Assembly: GCA_038087875.1 (NCBI GenBank)
Contig: CM075991.1
Location: forward strand, 3,658,001 to 3,722,000
DNA length: 64,000 nt
Direction of reading: 5' to 3'
From: Malacoraja senta
Taxonomy: Eukaryota
Part shown: one piece after another, positions 10,889 to 28,300 of the stretch
Position numbering within the stretch: position 1 is the stretch's first letter
How the letters are laid out: every line of letters starts with the position of its first letter
Notes under the pieces: model-generated
Seen by the model: only the letters and a program-made list of their open reading frames with translations
Databases searched by the model: none
Told to the model about the DNA's origin: nothing
Made by a program: the position numbers and the translations under genes

Positions 10889-13587
10889 TAAGGCAGCAAC
10901 TCTACCGCTGCGCCACCGTGCCGACCATGTAATTCAATAACCTGGCAGTTTTAAAAGCTACCAGACCACAACACTACTAGATTACATGGGAACAACCATT
11001 CTGCTTCACCTGATGGCCTTTAGGTTGGTGAACCAACCACCCTCACCTATACTGATAAGTGATGTTTCGGTCAGACCCTTCTGCAGACTGCTAGAAGAAG
11101 TCTGTAAAACGGTCCTGACCCGAAACATCACCTATTCTTTTTCTCAAGAGATGCTGCCTGACCCGCTGGGTGATAGGTGGATACAGGTGGCTGAGGAAAG
11201 GCATGTGGCTGTCATAGTGAGCTTTCTTCGACCCCACCTCTACAATCAGTCTGCAACACATATCCATGTTTTCCAGATCCTGACTACGGGTGCTGTCTGT
11301 ACGGAGTTTGCACGATCTCCCTGTGACCTGCATTGGTTTTCTCCAGGATCTCCAGTTTCCTCCCATACTCCAAAGACGTACAGGTTTGTAGGCTAATTGG
11401 CTTATTATAAGTGTGAATTGTCTCGAGTGTGTGTATGCTAGTGTGCAGGGATCGCTTGTCGACATGGACTTGGTGGGCCGAAGGGCCTGTTTCCGTGCTG
11501 TATCTCTAAACTAACCTAAACTAAACACTAAAAATGTATTAAGAGTTTCGCACAGTTTTTGTCCTGTAGATATTTTTATAATGAATATTCTTTATTTTTG
11601 AAATTACAAATACAAGCATACACTATAAAATCATTGTTCACTTGCTACAAAGTACCACAAACCCGCCACAAACACTCTCTTCATTAAGCATTTTATCACT
11701 GCAAAACCAGTCCCTGCAAAGAATCGCTGGCTCAGCGCTAAGATTTAGTTACTCACTGCAAAGGAAGCAACTTGATACCTAGCAGCATAATACTGCAAAT
11801 CATTGCAGTTTCTTATCTAGATGTCCTCAGTGGCCAGAATTAGGGGAACACAAGATAACTGCAATAGAATGATGCCTGAACAAGAACAGATTAAGCTTTT
11901 AGTGATTAATAAAGCAAAATCTAATCTTTCCGTTTAGTTTAGACATACAGCAAGGAAACAGGCCTTTCGGCCCACCGAGTCCGCACCGACCAGCGATCCC
12001 CATTCACTAACACAAGGGACAATTTGTGATTTTACCAAAGTCAATTGGCCTACAAGCCTGTACGTCAGAGTGTGGGAGGAAACCGGAGCACCCAGAGCAA
12101 ACAAAGGTGGTCACAGGGAGAACGTACAAACTCCGCACAGACAGCACCCATAGTTGGATTTGAATCTTGGTCTATGGGTTCAAGGCAGCAACTCTACCGC
12201 TGCGCCACCGTGCCGCCATATTATGACTAAACTCAGCAATTTAAACTCATAAGGCCTCGAAAAGACACAAAGAGCTGGAGTAACTCAGCGGGTCAGGCAT
12301 CATCCATGGCGAATATGGTTCGATGGTTTCTTTTTTATCACGTTTACCATGGTACAGTGAGTTTCCTTTTGTGTAGGAAGGAACTGCAGATGCTGCTTTA
12401 AACCGAAGATAGACACAAAAAGCTGGAGTAACTCAGCAGCACAGGCAGCATCTCTGGAGTACATTGATAGGCGACGTTTCAGGTTGGGACCCTTCTTCAG
12501 TCAGGTAGAACATTGCCTATCCATGTCCTCCAGAGATGCTGCCTGGCCCACTGAGTTACTTGGTTTACACTGAAGATCGACACAAAATGCTGGAGAAACT
12601 CATTGGGTTCAGGCAGCATGTCTGGTAAGAAGGAATGGGTGACGTTCTGGGTTGAGACCCTTCTTCAGTCCTGCTGAGTTACTCCAGCTTTTTGTGTTTA
12701 TTGTGAGTTTCCTTTTCTGGATAGGTGACATGTTGGGTCGAGATCCTTCTTCAGACCGATTGAAGGGGTGCCGGGGGGGGGGGGGAGAAAGCTGGAGGAG
12801 AGGAGGTCTGGAGCTGTGGTAATAGGTAGCCAACAGGTAAGAGTTAAAACATTTTACAATCTTGAGTGTTATCGGCCAAAATTTATTTAGTGGACCGATG
12901 ATGCATGCCTTAGACAATAGACAATAGACAATAGGTGCAGGAGTAGGTCATTCGGCCCTTCGAGCCAGCACCGCCATTCAATGTGATCATGGCTGATCAT
13001 CCATAATCAGTACCCCGTTCCTGCCTTCTCCCCATATCCCCTGACTCCGCTATCATTAAGACCCCCTATCTAGCTCTCTCTTGAAAGTATCCAGAGAACC
13101 GGCCTCCACCGCCCTCTGAGGCAGAGAATTCCACAGACTCACAACTCTCTGTGAGAAAAAGTACTTATAGCTCTTGAATTTCTGAATAATGTCACAAGTA
13201 GCCTCTGGAGTTAAATTCTCCTGTCTCTGTAGCGTCAGAAGCAGTCACACCCATTATGTACCACCAACCAAGGCAGTGAGTCATCTGAAAGTGTTTCATT
13301 TTTAATCAAGTACTGCAACATCATGGTATTTATTTTGGTTGTAGGCTGGCAGTAGTTGATTCATGCACATGGAAGCTTTGTGGGTGTGGAGGGGTCGCTG
13401 GCATGGGTTACTATGTAAAAGTTAGAGCATGTTCTTGTCAGAACCAGCACCTCATTTGTCAACGGTGTCAGACATTGGCACCAGTTAGATTTAGTCATCA
13501 TCCAAGCAAAGGTGTCTGGACAGACATGCCATGACAGGTAGCAATGATGGTCGGACTGCACACCACTTAGTCGTTTAGACTTTAGTT

Positions 13588-14811
13588 CCGAATAATCCTT
13601 TATTTAAACCATCTATGATGGATAAAATATATAATCAATGGGAAAGTTTAGGAATTAAAAGGATCGGGGATATGTATGAAATGGGAGATTTATTATCATT
13701 TCAACAATTACAATTAAAATTTAAACTGAAAAACACTCATTATTTTAAATATTTTCAGATTTGTAATTTTTTGAAGACATACTTACAGGGATATAAAAAA
13801 ATAACTCCTGATTTACTAGAAGAAATAATGAATATAAAAGCTGATACACAAAAATTAATATCATATTTATATAATAGTATCTTAAATATAGATTTACCTG
13901 TGACCGAGGTAATTAGAGAAGAGTGGGAACGGGAATTATTGATAAAAATTACGAGGGCTACATGGGAAAAGTATTTGACATACATTCACAAGTGTTCGAT
14001 TAATGCAAGACATAACCTAATCCAATTTAAAATTTTACATAGATTATATTACTCAAAAACAAGATTAAATAAATTTTATCCAAATATATCGCCCATTTGC
14101 GATAAATGTTTAACCCAAGACGCAACTATAACACACTCTTTTGTTTCTTGTATAAAACTTCATGGATTTTGGAGTGATATTTTCAAAATATTTACAAAAT
14201 TATTTAAGACAAAAATGGAACCCAATAATGAATTGATTATATTTGGGGTAATGGAAGACGGGAACAAATTGAGCTCATCTCAAAAGTCAATTTTTAATTA
14301 TGGTTTAATAATAGCAAAAAAATTAATATTGAAATTTTGGAAAAATACACCAATACCAACGCTCAAAATGTGGATTGCAAGTATGTTGGATACCGCACAT
14401 CTTGAGGAAATGCGATTCCTCCTAATAGATAAATTTGACCAATTCATAACGAGTTGGTCTCCATTTGTCGTCTTTTTGGAAACATATGGTGCAAAACAGG
14501 TGTAAAAGCTAATCCGTGACTGCGGATGGTCAAGATTATAAATGATCTCCTATTTTCTTTTCTTCTCTTCTCTTCTTTTATTCTCTTTCTTCTATATTCT
14601 ATGTCTCAACTTTCTTTTTTCATTCTTTATTTTTCTTTTTCACACACTATATATCTCACATTTTTCTATTTTTCATTATCTAACTTTTTTCTTTTCTTCT
14701 TTATTTCAAAATTTTTTTTAAATAAGAAGCTGTACATAAAAGGTATTATGAAAATATGATTGTATACAATTGTACTTACTTCTAATAAAATAAAATTAAA
14801 AAAAAAAAAAA
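13588..14811 (+). mobile_element. 5'-truncated L1 (second subfamily), ORF2 C-terminus
   Basis: 296-aa ORF 13615-14505 with a CxxC..H..C knuckle; T-rich 3'UTR, AATAAA and poly(A); TSD agactttagtt at 13577-13587 and 14812-14822. Confidence 0.93.
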
Positions 14812-14820
14812 AGACTTTAG

Positions 14821-15113
14821 TTTTCAGTTTAGTTTAGAGATACAGTGGAAACAGACCAGGATCCCCGCACATTAACACTATCCGACACCCACTAGGGGAC
14901 AATTTTTACATTTACCAAGCCAATTATCCTACAAACCTGGACGTCTTTGGAGTGTGGGAGGAAACCGAAGATTTCGGAGAAAAACCCCACGCAGGTCCCG
15001 GGGAGAAGGTACAAACTCTATACAGACAGCACCCATAGTCGGGATCGAACCCGGGTCTCCGGTGTTGCATTCGCTGTAAGACAGCAACTCAACCGCTGTG
15101 CCACCGTGACCGC
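14821..15113 (-). mobile_element. HE1/V-SINE-like tRNA-derived SINE (one of many copies)
   Basis: Minus strand: tRNA-like head with GGTTCGATCC B-box, central TTCCTCCCACACTCCAAAGAC core and (CTAAA)n tail. Confidence 0.85.
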
Positions 15114-16324
15114 CTAGAGATACAGCGCTGAACTGTAGAGGTATACTAGTTTAGTTTAGTTTAGAGATACAGTATGGAAATAGGAACCTTCGGCCCATCG
15201 AGTCTGCTGAGCATCGGTCACCCTTACACTAGCACTATCCCACACACACGAGGGACAATATACAATTTTACAAAAAGCCAATTAACCTACAAACCTGTGT
15301 TAAAGAAGGAACTGCAGATGCTGGAAAATCGAAGGTACACAAAAATGCTGGAGAAACTCAGCGATGCAGCAGCATCTATGGAGCGAAGGAAATAGGAAAT
15401 ACCTATTTCCTTCGCTCCATAGATGCTGCTGCACCCGCTGAGTTTCTCCAGCATTTTTGTGAACCTACAAACCTGTATGTCTTTGGAGTGTGGAAGCAAA
15501 CCTGAGCACCCGGAGGAAACAACTTAGCATGGCCACACAGTATTCCCACGGTGCAAAACAGAAGTAGTTATTACCTTCACAAAGGGTGTAGGGCGCAAAA
15601 GTGGGATAACATAAAACTAGTGTATGGGTGATCGGTGCGGTCTCATGGGCCAAAGTTCCTGTTCCCACACTGTATCTCTAAACTAAACTAAACTAAACTA
15701 AACTAGTGTACACGTGATCGGTGATTGGCGTGGGCTCAGTGGGCTGAAGGGCCTAATTCCATGATGTATCACTAAAACTAAACTAAACTAAACTAAACTA
15801 AACTGAACTAAACTAAACTAACTAGTGTATGGGTGATCAGTGGTCAGCGTGGACTTGTGAATTCCTGTTTCCACGCTGTATCTCTAAACTTCTAAACTCG
15901 AAACTTCTTCCCGAAGGCAGGAACAGCAGCTCAGAGTTGGGCCTGGCTTTGAACGCTGTCGGCTCCATATCCAAACACAGCCGGCCACTTGTGCGAGGTT
16001 ACCTGATCCCAGAGGGTCATTAAATGGGAAACCACGAACAGCTGGGGTGTGGGTGGAATCTGACACCATCTGGTTCTGACAAGCTCCTTCCTGCACTGGC
16101 ATAACCACGCTGAGACCAGCCATGGAAACAACTACATCCCTGTTTGAGTGTCTGCAGGGGCTGCTCCTCAAGTGTTGGCTACATTTCAGGCCCGCGCTCC
16201 TGATCTAGCGCTCCTGATCTTTGGACACCCGGTACGGAGGGGAGAGATGTAGGAAGGAACTGCAGATGCCGGTTTACACCGAGGATAAACGCAAAATGCT
16301 GGAGTAACTGTCGGGCTATCGTGT

Positions 16325-17200
16325 ATGAAGGTAGACAAATCTCCAGAGCCTGATCAGATATATCCGAGGACATTGTGGGAAACCAGAGAGGAAATTGCGG
16401 GAGCCCTGGTTGAAATCTACGAGTCGTCATTAAATACAGGAGAGGTGCTGGAAGACAGGAGGCTGGCAAATGTTGTGCCTCTATTCACGAAGGGCTGCAG
16501 GGAAAATGCTGGGAACTTTAGGCCAGTGACCTTAACATCTGGAGTTGGAAAGTTACTAGAGAGTATTCTGAGGGATAGGTTATACAGGCATTTAGACGGA
16601 CAAGGGCTAATTAGGGACAGTCGGCATGGTTTTGTACATGGGAGGTCGTGCCTTACTGATTGAGTTTTTGAAGATGTCACCTAAAAGGTCGATGAGGGCA
16701 GAGCTGTAGATGTTGTACACGTGGATTTCAGTAAGGCATTCGACAAGGTTCCACATGGTAGGCTGCTCTGGAAGGTTAGGTCGCTTGGGATCCAAGGAGA
16801 GATAGCTGAATGGATAGGAAGGAAGCAGAGGGTGATGGTAGAAGGTTGCTTCTCAGACTGGAGGCCTGTGACTAGTGGTGTGCCTCAGGGTTCGGTGCTG
16901 GGCCCATTACTGTTTGTCATCTACATCAATGATTTGGATGAGAACATTCAGGGCAAGTTTAGCAAGTTTGCAGATGATACAAAAGTGGGTGGTTTTGCAG
17001 ATAGTGAAGATGCTCTTGAAAAATTGCATCACGATCTTGATCGATTGGCCAAGTAGGCTGAGGAATGGTTAATGGAATTTAATCCAGAGAAATGTGAGGC
17101 GTTGCATTTTGGGACGTCTAACATGGGCAGGACTTACACAGTGTATAGTCGGGATCTGGGTGCAGGTGCATAGCTCCCTGAAGGTGGAGTCGCAGGTAGA
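16325..17200 (+). mobile_element. CR1 LINE RT fragment, degraded
   Basis: KSPEPDQIYPR, NFRPVTLTS, DFSKAFDKVPH, GVPQGSVLGP, FADDTK. Confidence 0.92.
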
Positions 17201-17720
17201 TGGGCGGCACGGTGGCGCAGCGGTAGAGTTGCGGCCTTTCAGCCTTTACAGCCCCGGAGACCCGGGTTCGATCCCGACTACAGGTACTGCCCGCAAGGAA
17301 TTTGCACGTTCTCCCCGTGATCTGCGTGGGTTTTCTCACTATCTTCGGTTTCCTCCCACACTCTAAAGACGTACAGGTATGTAGGTTGAAGGTAGACACA
17401 AAATGCTGGAGTAACTCAGCGGGACAGGCAGCATCTTTGGAGGGAAGGAATGGGCGATGTTTCAGGTCGAGACCCTTCTTCAGCCCCGAAACGTCGCCCA
17501 TTCCTTCTCTCCAGCTGCCTCACCCGCAGAGTTACTCCAGCATTTTGTGTCTACCTTCGATTTAAACCAACATCTGCAGTTCTTTCTTACACAGGTATGT
17601 AGATTAATTGGCTTGGTGTATGTGTAAATTGTCCCTCGTGTGTGTAGGATAGTGTTAATCCTGGATCCTGTTAATCCTGGTGATCGCTGGTCTGCCTGGA
17701 CTCGGTGGGCCGAAGGGCCT
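17201..17720 (+). mobile_element. HE1-like SINE interrupted by a Penelope-derived short repeat
   Basis: Head gggcggcacggtggcgcagcggtag; insert flanked by a duplicated acaggtatgtag; ctaaa tail. Confidence 0.8.
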
Positions 17721-19937
17721 GTATCTCTAAACTAAACTAACCCTAAAGACCTTCAAACCTTTGTGAGGCCACTTTAAGCATGCAGATGAAACACAGGCAG
17801 TCAAGTGCTGTTGAGTATCATTGTTATTCGCTTCCAGTAGCATTATTTTCCGGCATCTGTGTAATTATTTACACAAGGAAATCTGAATAAGAGCAGAGAG
17901 GAAATTCCAGAGTTATTTGTGATGACCACAGTTCAAACGCATAAATAATTCGGCACACAAACATTTCATTCGCTGGGAAACTGGTTTTGTGAGTATCCTA
18001 AACCCATTTGTATTTATTTCAAACTGTAAGGAAAATTGAAGGCATGTTGTCCTTTCTCTAGGGAACTGTTGGTCACAAACTATTTGGGAAAACGTTATGT
18101 TGCTAAATGTTGATGGGTTTCCGTCCTAACCAATGGATTGTCTTGAAGGGCCGAATGGCCTACTCCAGCAGCTGTTGTCTAGTGGGGGTTTAGGGAGAAT
18201 TAGTCTTATTTTAGTTTAGAGATACAGTATGAAAAGAAACATAGAAAATAGGTGCAGGAGTGGGCCATTCGGTCCTTCGAGCCAGCACCGCAATTCAATG
18301 TGATCATGGCTGATCATCCAAAATCAGTACCCCGTTCCTGCTTTCTCCCCATATCCCTTGATTCCGTTAGCACTGAGCTATATCTAATTCTCCCTTGAAT
18401 ACAAAAGAGTCCATGCCGACCACAAATCACCCGTTCATACCAGTACCATGTTATCCCATATTCGTATCCACTCCCTACACACTAGGGGCAATTTTACAGA
18501 GGCCAGTCAATCCACAAACCAGGCAGCATCTCTGGAGAACATGGACAGGTGACAAAGGGTCTCGAGCTGAAATGTCACCGATCCGTGTTCTCCCGAGATA
18601 GACACAAAAAGCTGGAGTAACTCAGCGGGACAGGCAGCATCTCTGGAGAGAAGGAATGAGTGACATTTTGGGTCGAGACCCTTCTTCAGACTGAGCATCT
18701 CCAGAGATGCTGCTTGACCTGCTGAGTTTTGTGTACGGGAATAGTATACTGAGACAGTATACAAGAGTCGACATCTTTTGGCACCATTTTTCATGATACA
18801 AGTCCTGAGTTCTAAATATAAACTTGTAACAAAGTTGTGCTTCCTGTAAATTCATAAACAGTTCCCACAAGTGAAGAGCGTGGTGTGGATTTCCTAAGCG
18901 TTGTGGTGAGGATCACAAATTGGTGTTCTTTGCCACTTTATAAGGCAGGTCTCTGGATGCAGGCAAGTTTTGCAGCCATTCCAAAGCATTGAGTCGACTA
19001 TTGGCACTGTCACCGCTCACTGACTCACACAGACCAATGGTGAATCAGAAAACCAGCTGACTTCTCTCCAGCTACGCCAGCTGATCCAGATCCTGAATAA
19101 AAAACATCTTGTTGGAACAAGAAGAAAATTGATTTCTGTAACTTCAAGTAACCCTTGCATCCCCCTCTCTCTCCTTCCCTCTCCCATCCTAGTTTCAATG
19201 TTGTCTTGTCGAGTCTCGTTGTCTGTAACCCGTTTTCACCTAACCCACAGCTAACAATGTGTAGGAAGGAACCGCAGATGCTGGTTTAAACGGAAGATAG
19301 ACACAAAATGCTGCAGTAACTCAGTGGGACAGGCAGCATCTCTGGAGAGAAGCACACACACTAACGATGGCCTGTTTCCCTTATCATCGTTGTTTTTTTG
19401 CATATCTTTCATTCAATTGTTCTATATCTCTCTTTATCACCATCCATTTCTCTCGTGTCTCTCTCCCCTGACTCGCAGTCTGAAGAAGGGTCTCAACACA
19501 AAAAGTCACCTGTTTTTTTTCTGTCCAGAGATGGTGTCTGACCCGTTGAGTTACTCCAGCATTTTATCTCTATCTTGTTGGAACAACATTCTGCCAAGAG
19601 ACAGGGAGAATATCATAACATATACCTAAAGCAAATGGTTTTAATAATTGCAGGATCATGCCACTGATCTCCAGATGTTAGGCATGTCCAAACAATGCTC
19701 AGGGGACTGCTCCTTCAATCTGAGCTTCTTTGGACTTGTTTCTAAGTCAATGAACACATTTATATTTACTTTACACCAGTGACCTTTTACTGTTTGTTCA
19801 TGCTTAAAAAATGTTTGGGCAGGTATGTGGATAGAATACGTTTAGAGGGATATGGGCCGGGCAGGCAGGTGGGACTAATGTAGAAGGGGCTTGTTGTTCG
19901 GCTTGGTCAAGTTGGGCCAAAGGGCCTGTTTCCACGC

Positions 19938-20470
19938 TGCATCGGGATGCATTGCAGCGTGGTTTGGGAACAGCTCCATCCAAGACCGTGAGAAATTGCA
20001 GAGAATTGTGGACGTAGCCCAGACCGTCACACAAACCAACCTCCCTTCTATTCTCCTCAGTCTGAAGAAGGGTATCGGCCTGAAACGTTGCCTATTTCCT
20101 TCGCTACATAGATGCTGCCGCACCCGCTGAGTTTCTCCAGCATTTTTGTCTACCTCCCTTCTATTGACTCCATTTATACCTCACGCTGCCTCGGCAAGGC
20201 CAGCAGCATAATCAAGGACGAGACGCACCCTGGCCACTCCCTCTTCTCCCCTCTCCCATCAGGCAAAAGGCACAGAAGTGTGAAAACGCACACCTCCAGA
20301 TTCAGGGACAGTTTCTTCCCAACTGTTATCAGGCAACTGAACCATCCTATCACCAACTAGAGAGCAGTCCTATCCACCTCATTGGAGACCCTTGGACTAT
20401 CTTCGATCGGACTTTACTGGATTTATCTTGCACTAAATGTTATTCACGTTATTCCCTTTATCATGTATCT
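19938..20470 (+). mobile_element. Rex1/Babar-like LINE 3' fragment (related copies on minus at ~400-820 and ~7600-8015)
   Basis: SGCIAAWFGNSS...HPGHSLFSPLPSGKR...RFRDSFFP. Confidence 0.75.
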
Positions 20471-21059
20471 GTATATAAAAAAACAAATCGATATGTTCAC
20501 ATATGTAGTTTAATTAAATATGAAATATATTCATATCCAAATATGCATGGCTCATTTTTGAGTATGGACTATATATATATATATATATCATATTTAACAC
20601 ATATGATATATATTTATTTTCAAATATATATATGAAATATATTCATACTCTCATATATATAGAAACAAAATATAATAGCGCACAAAAAATCATTTGCGTT
20701 GGGTAGAGTTGCTGCCTCACAGCTCCAGAGACCCGGGTCTATACGGAGTTTGTACATTCTCCCCGTGGCCTGCATGGTGTTTCTCCGAGATCTTCGGTTT
20801 CCTCCCACACTCCAAAGACGTACAGGTTTGTAGGTTGATTGGCTTGATGTAAATGTAATAACATTGTCCCAAGTGTGTCAATGTGCGGGGATTGCTATAT
20901 CGGCGAGGACTCGGTGGGCCGAAGGACCTGATTCCACGCTGCATGTCTAATTTAAACTAATTTGTCCTGTTTTAATTTTGCAATCGGTCAGGTATCTTTC
21001 CCAACACACTTTGTCCACTCAGCCGCAGCCCCTCTCCTGGTGACTCACTGTCCAGGTGC

Positions 21060-21583
21060 TAGGATTGCCAACTGTCCTGTATTAGCCAGGACATCCCGTA
21101 TATTGGGCTAAATTCTAAATTGGTTTGTCCCGGACCGCCCTTGTCCCATATTTCACAGCTACTACTCGGGTCGCGGGGACTGTCGGTTCGGAGCGCCACG
21201 TCCGGCCCCGCCTAACCCGTCCCGACCTAGTGCAGCCCATGGAGTGCAGCAGCAGCGCCTCGTCCGTGGCCCCGTCGGTCGGCAGTCCGACCAGCTGTCC
21301 GACCTTCGGACCTTCGCTTACCGCCGACGCCACCACCCCTCATTCTCATGGCCGATCTTCTGTTTATGAGTTGGATGGGGTGCCGGACTTTGCGCGCGAC
21401 GTCGCGCCCAGGCCAAAACTCCTCAGCTGGCCCGCCGGCTGGGCTTTGTGTCCAGTCCAGCACCCGGGCCAACTCATCATTTACCCAGCCACGGCCGAGT
21501 TGGTCAACGAATTGCCTTCGGGAATTTGTCCCATATTTTGACCTTTTGTCCCTTATTTGGGAGTGAGAAAGTTGGCAACCCTA
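21060..21583. mobile_element. Non-autonomous hAT element (MITE)
   Basis: TIR taggattgccaac / gttggcaacccta; 8-bp TSD ccaggtgc / ccaggttc (7 of 8 match). Confidence 0.88.
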
Positions 21584-22599
21584 CCAGGTTCAGTGAGACT
21601 GTTGCCGTTGAAAAGTGCCCAGCCAGTGCTCCAGAGATGCTGCCTGTCCCGCTGAGTTACTCTAGCTTTTTGTGTCCCATCTACGATCCATCCAGCTTGA
21701 TTAGATATTAGTCAGGGGTTACGGGTAGAAGGCAGGTGCATGGGGCTGAGAGGGAGAGGTAGATCAGCTACGATTGAATGGTGTGGCAGACTCGATGGGC
21801 AGAATGGACTCATTCTGCTCCTATCACATGGTCTTATGAGCTCACACTCTGTCACTCCGGAGAACCGTTCAAAAATATCGAGGTCGAGGAGCGTGAAGGA
21901 AAAAATGCTGAACGCCTTCCAGGGATAAATGTTTTTCCAAAAGACGACGGGATCTTTTGAAATCTGGGAACCAAAGCGCTGAGCTCGCTGGAGTTGAACC
22001 TAATATTTTCCTTTGAAGACAGACACAAAATGCTGGAGTATCTCAGCGGGACAGGCAGCATCTCTGGCGAGACAGAATTGGCAACCTATTCTATGCGTCT
22101 ACCGGGAAATACTTATGAAGTGCCACCAGGACATACAAGACTCTGAGAGGGGATGGTGGGCTAAATGCTGAAATCGTGATTTTCCAGGAATGTAGAGTCC
22201 TGTCCACTGTAGGGACGGCACAGTGGCGCAGCGGTAGAGTTGCTGCCTCACAGCGCAACAGAGCCGAGTTCAATCCTGACTACGGGTGCTGTCTGAACAG
22301 AGTTTGTTCGTTCTCCCTGTGGCCACGTGGGTTTTCCCCGGGTGCTCTGGTTTCCTCCCACATTCCAAAGACTTGCAGGTTTGTAGGTTGATTAGCTGTT
22401 GTAAATTGTATGTTATTGGCCCGTTTCCGCGCGACTTACAAATGTGCCGAGTGCTGCTTTTAATAGAGACTTCAGGAACAGCGTTCAGGCAAGTAATCCC
22501 TGTTGCTACATTCTTACCTTCATTAAAACTGCAGGAGAATTTGAACACTGCCTCAAAGCAAGGTTTGAGAGCAGCTGGACACAGTAGGACAGGGAACAA

Positions 22600-22975
22600 T
22601 GAAATAGTGAAAGGCTTGGATAGAGTGGACGTGGAGAGGATGTTTCCACTGGTGGGAGAGTCTAGGACTAGAGGTCATAGCCTCAGAATTATAGGACGTT
22701 CTTTCAGGAAGGAAAAGAGGAGAAATTTCTTTAGTCAGAGGGTGGTGAATCTGTGGAATTCTTTGCCACAGAAGGCTGTGGAGGCCAACAAGTCAGTGGA
22801 TATTTTTAAGGCAGAGATAGATAGATTTTTGATTAGTACAGGTGTCAGAGGTTATGGTGAGAAGGCAGGACAATGGGGTTAGGAGGGAGCGATAGATCAG
22901 CCACGATTGAATGGTGGAGTAGACTTGATGGGCCGAATGGCCTAATTCTACTCTTATTCCTTATGACCTGATGAT
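22600..22975 (+). mobile_element. CR1 LINE 3' end
   Basis: ESRTRGHSLRI...FFSQRVVNLWNSLP; CR1 tail gggccgaatggcctaattct. Confidence 0.88.
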
Positions 22976-23651
22976 ATGAATCGGAGCATAAATGTTATCA
23001 GGCTTCTGAACGCTCCTTCTATCAGCTAGGGTACTGTCTGATTCTCCCGTGTCCCAGTGCAGACAGTGCACACCTCCAGATTGAAAATGCACACCTCCAG
23101 ATTCACACGTCCAGTTACTTCCCAGCTGTCATCAGACAACCAAACCATTCTACCACTAGAGCAGTCCTGAACTACTAGGAGATAGACACAAAAAAGCTGG
23201 AGTGACTCAGCGGGCCAGGCAGCAACTCTGGAGAAAAGGAATAGATGACGTTTTGGATCGAGACCTTTCTTCAGTCTTCATGGGTCTGAAGAAGAGTCTC
23301 GACCCAAAATGTCACCAACTCCTTTTCTCCAGGGATGCCGCCTGTTCCGCTGAGGATAGCACTTCCCACTGTCGGAGTATCAACCATAAGTAGTTTTGTT
23401 TGCCCTGCTGGGAAGCAAATGCAAGTGGCGGATATTTCATTCACACTTCTCATGCGAGAATGTTCCTCGTAAACGCCAGTCCCTGGCACCACAGGGGTCC
23501 ACACTGCAAGCTCCACAGACTGCCCTGAAGGTAGAGGCAAGAGGCAAGAGTGTTTTATTGTCAATATGTCCCAGACAGAACAATGAAATGACCACTTGCA
23601 GCAGCACAGAGTACACTGTAAACAATATCATCTATGAAAAGTTCAGGTTTG

Positions 23652-27068
<3,417 letters not shown>

Positions 27069-28009
27069 CTCCTGTTTCCCTCTCCTCTGACTCTCATTCT
27101 GAGGAAACCACCCACCGTTCTGTGTCCAAGCAGCTCCGCCCACCTGTTTCATTCTTCCCTCCACCTCAGCAACAGAGTCATCAAGGATGTGCAGGAAAGA
27201 ACTGCAGATGTTGGATAAAAATTCGTAGGCACAAAATGCTGGAGAAACTCAGCGGGACAGGCAGCATCGCTGGAGAGGAGGAATGGGTGACGTTTCGGGG
27301 CGAGACCCTTCTTCAGAATGAGACCCATAAAAGAGACTGATTGAATTGATTTAAAAGATACAGCATGGAAACAGACCCTTCGGCCCATCGGGTCCATGCT
27401 GATCATTGATTGCCCATTCACACTAGTTTTACGCTATTAAAAAAATGCACAAAGTAATTCAACGGGTCGGCAGCATCTCTGGAGAAAAGGAATAGGCGAC
27501 TTCAGACTGAAGAAGGGTCTTAACCTGAAATGTCTTTCTCCAGAGATGGTGCCTGTCCCGCTAAGTTACTCCAGCATTTTGTGTCTATCTTCGGCGTAAA
27601 CCAGCATCTGCAGTTCCTTCCTCCACATCCCTGTCTGAAGACAAGTTCTGACCCAAAATCTTACTGGTCCATGTCCTCCAGAGATGTTGCCTGTCCCGCT
27701 GAGTTACTCCAGCACATTTTAGCTGCAGAATGATGTTCAGTGCTGGATGCAAATACAGGATTGCTTCCAAAAGATGATACATCAATGATCATCAGCTTCC
27801 ACTTTGACTGCTCCTGCCAGACTCGAGTGGTGGATTCCTGGAAGCTTCTTAGAATTTGGCTTCAATTCTTTCCCGAAACTCAGCAATGAATTCCCTGAAA
27901 CTGACAGTTTGCAAAATCAGTTATGTGTCTTGATTTTTAGGTCGATGAAAAACTCGGCTGTCCGGGTTAAATCTTCCGAATAAAACTCGTGGGCACGGTG
28001 TTAGTGGCC

Positions 28010-28300
28010 CGGTGGTGCAGCGGTAGAGTTGCTGCCTCACAGCGCCAGAGACCCGGGTTCCATCCCGACTACGGGTGCTGTCTGTACGGAGTTTGTACCT
28101 TCTCCCCGTGACCTGCGTGGGTTTTCTCCGGATGCTCCAGTTTCCTCCAAAGACATACATGTTTGTAGGTTAATTAGCTTCAGTAAAATTGTAAGTTGCC
28201 CCTAGTGTGTGTAGGATATCGTGAGTGTACAGGAGGATTACTGGTCGGCGCGGACTCGGTGGGCCGAAGGACCTGTTTCCGCGCTGTATCTCTAAATTCA
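28010..28300 (+). mobile_element. HE1/V-SINE-like SINE
   Basis: tRNA-like head, conserved core and gggccgaagg..cctgtttcc..gctgtatctctaaa tail. Confidence 0.85.

Noticed and set aside
18910..19093. Possible terminal exon ending ..KNTNL*
   Set aside because: Two stops in that frame and no TAPP similarity
23271..23525. Candidate last PLEKHA2 exon (AVWTPVVP resembles PLEKHA2 WTPVP)
   Set aside because: The match is short, the acceptor pyrimidine tract is a LINE tail, and the frame runs into a repeat with no PDZ-binding terminus
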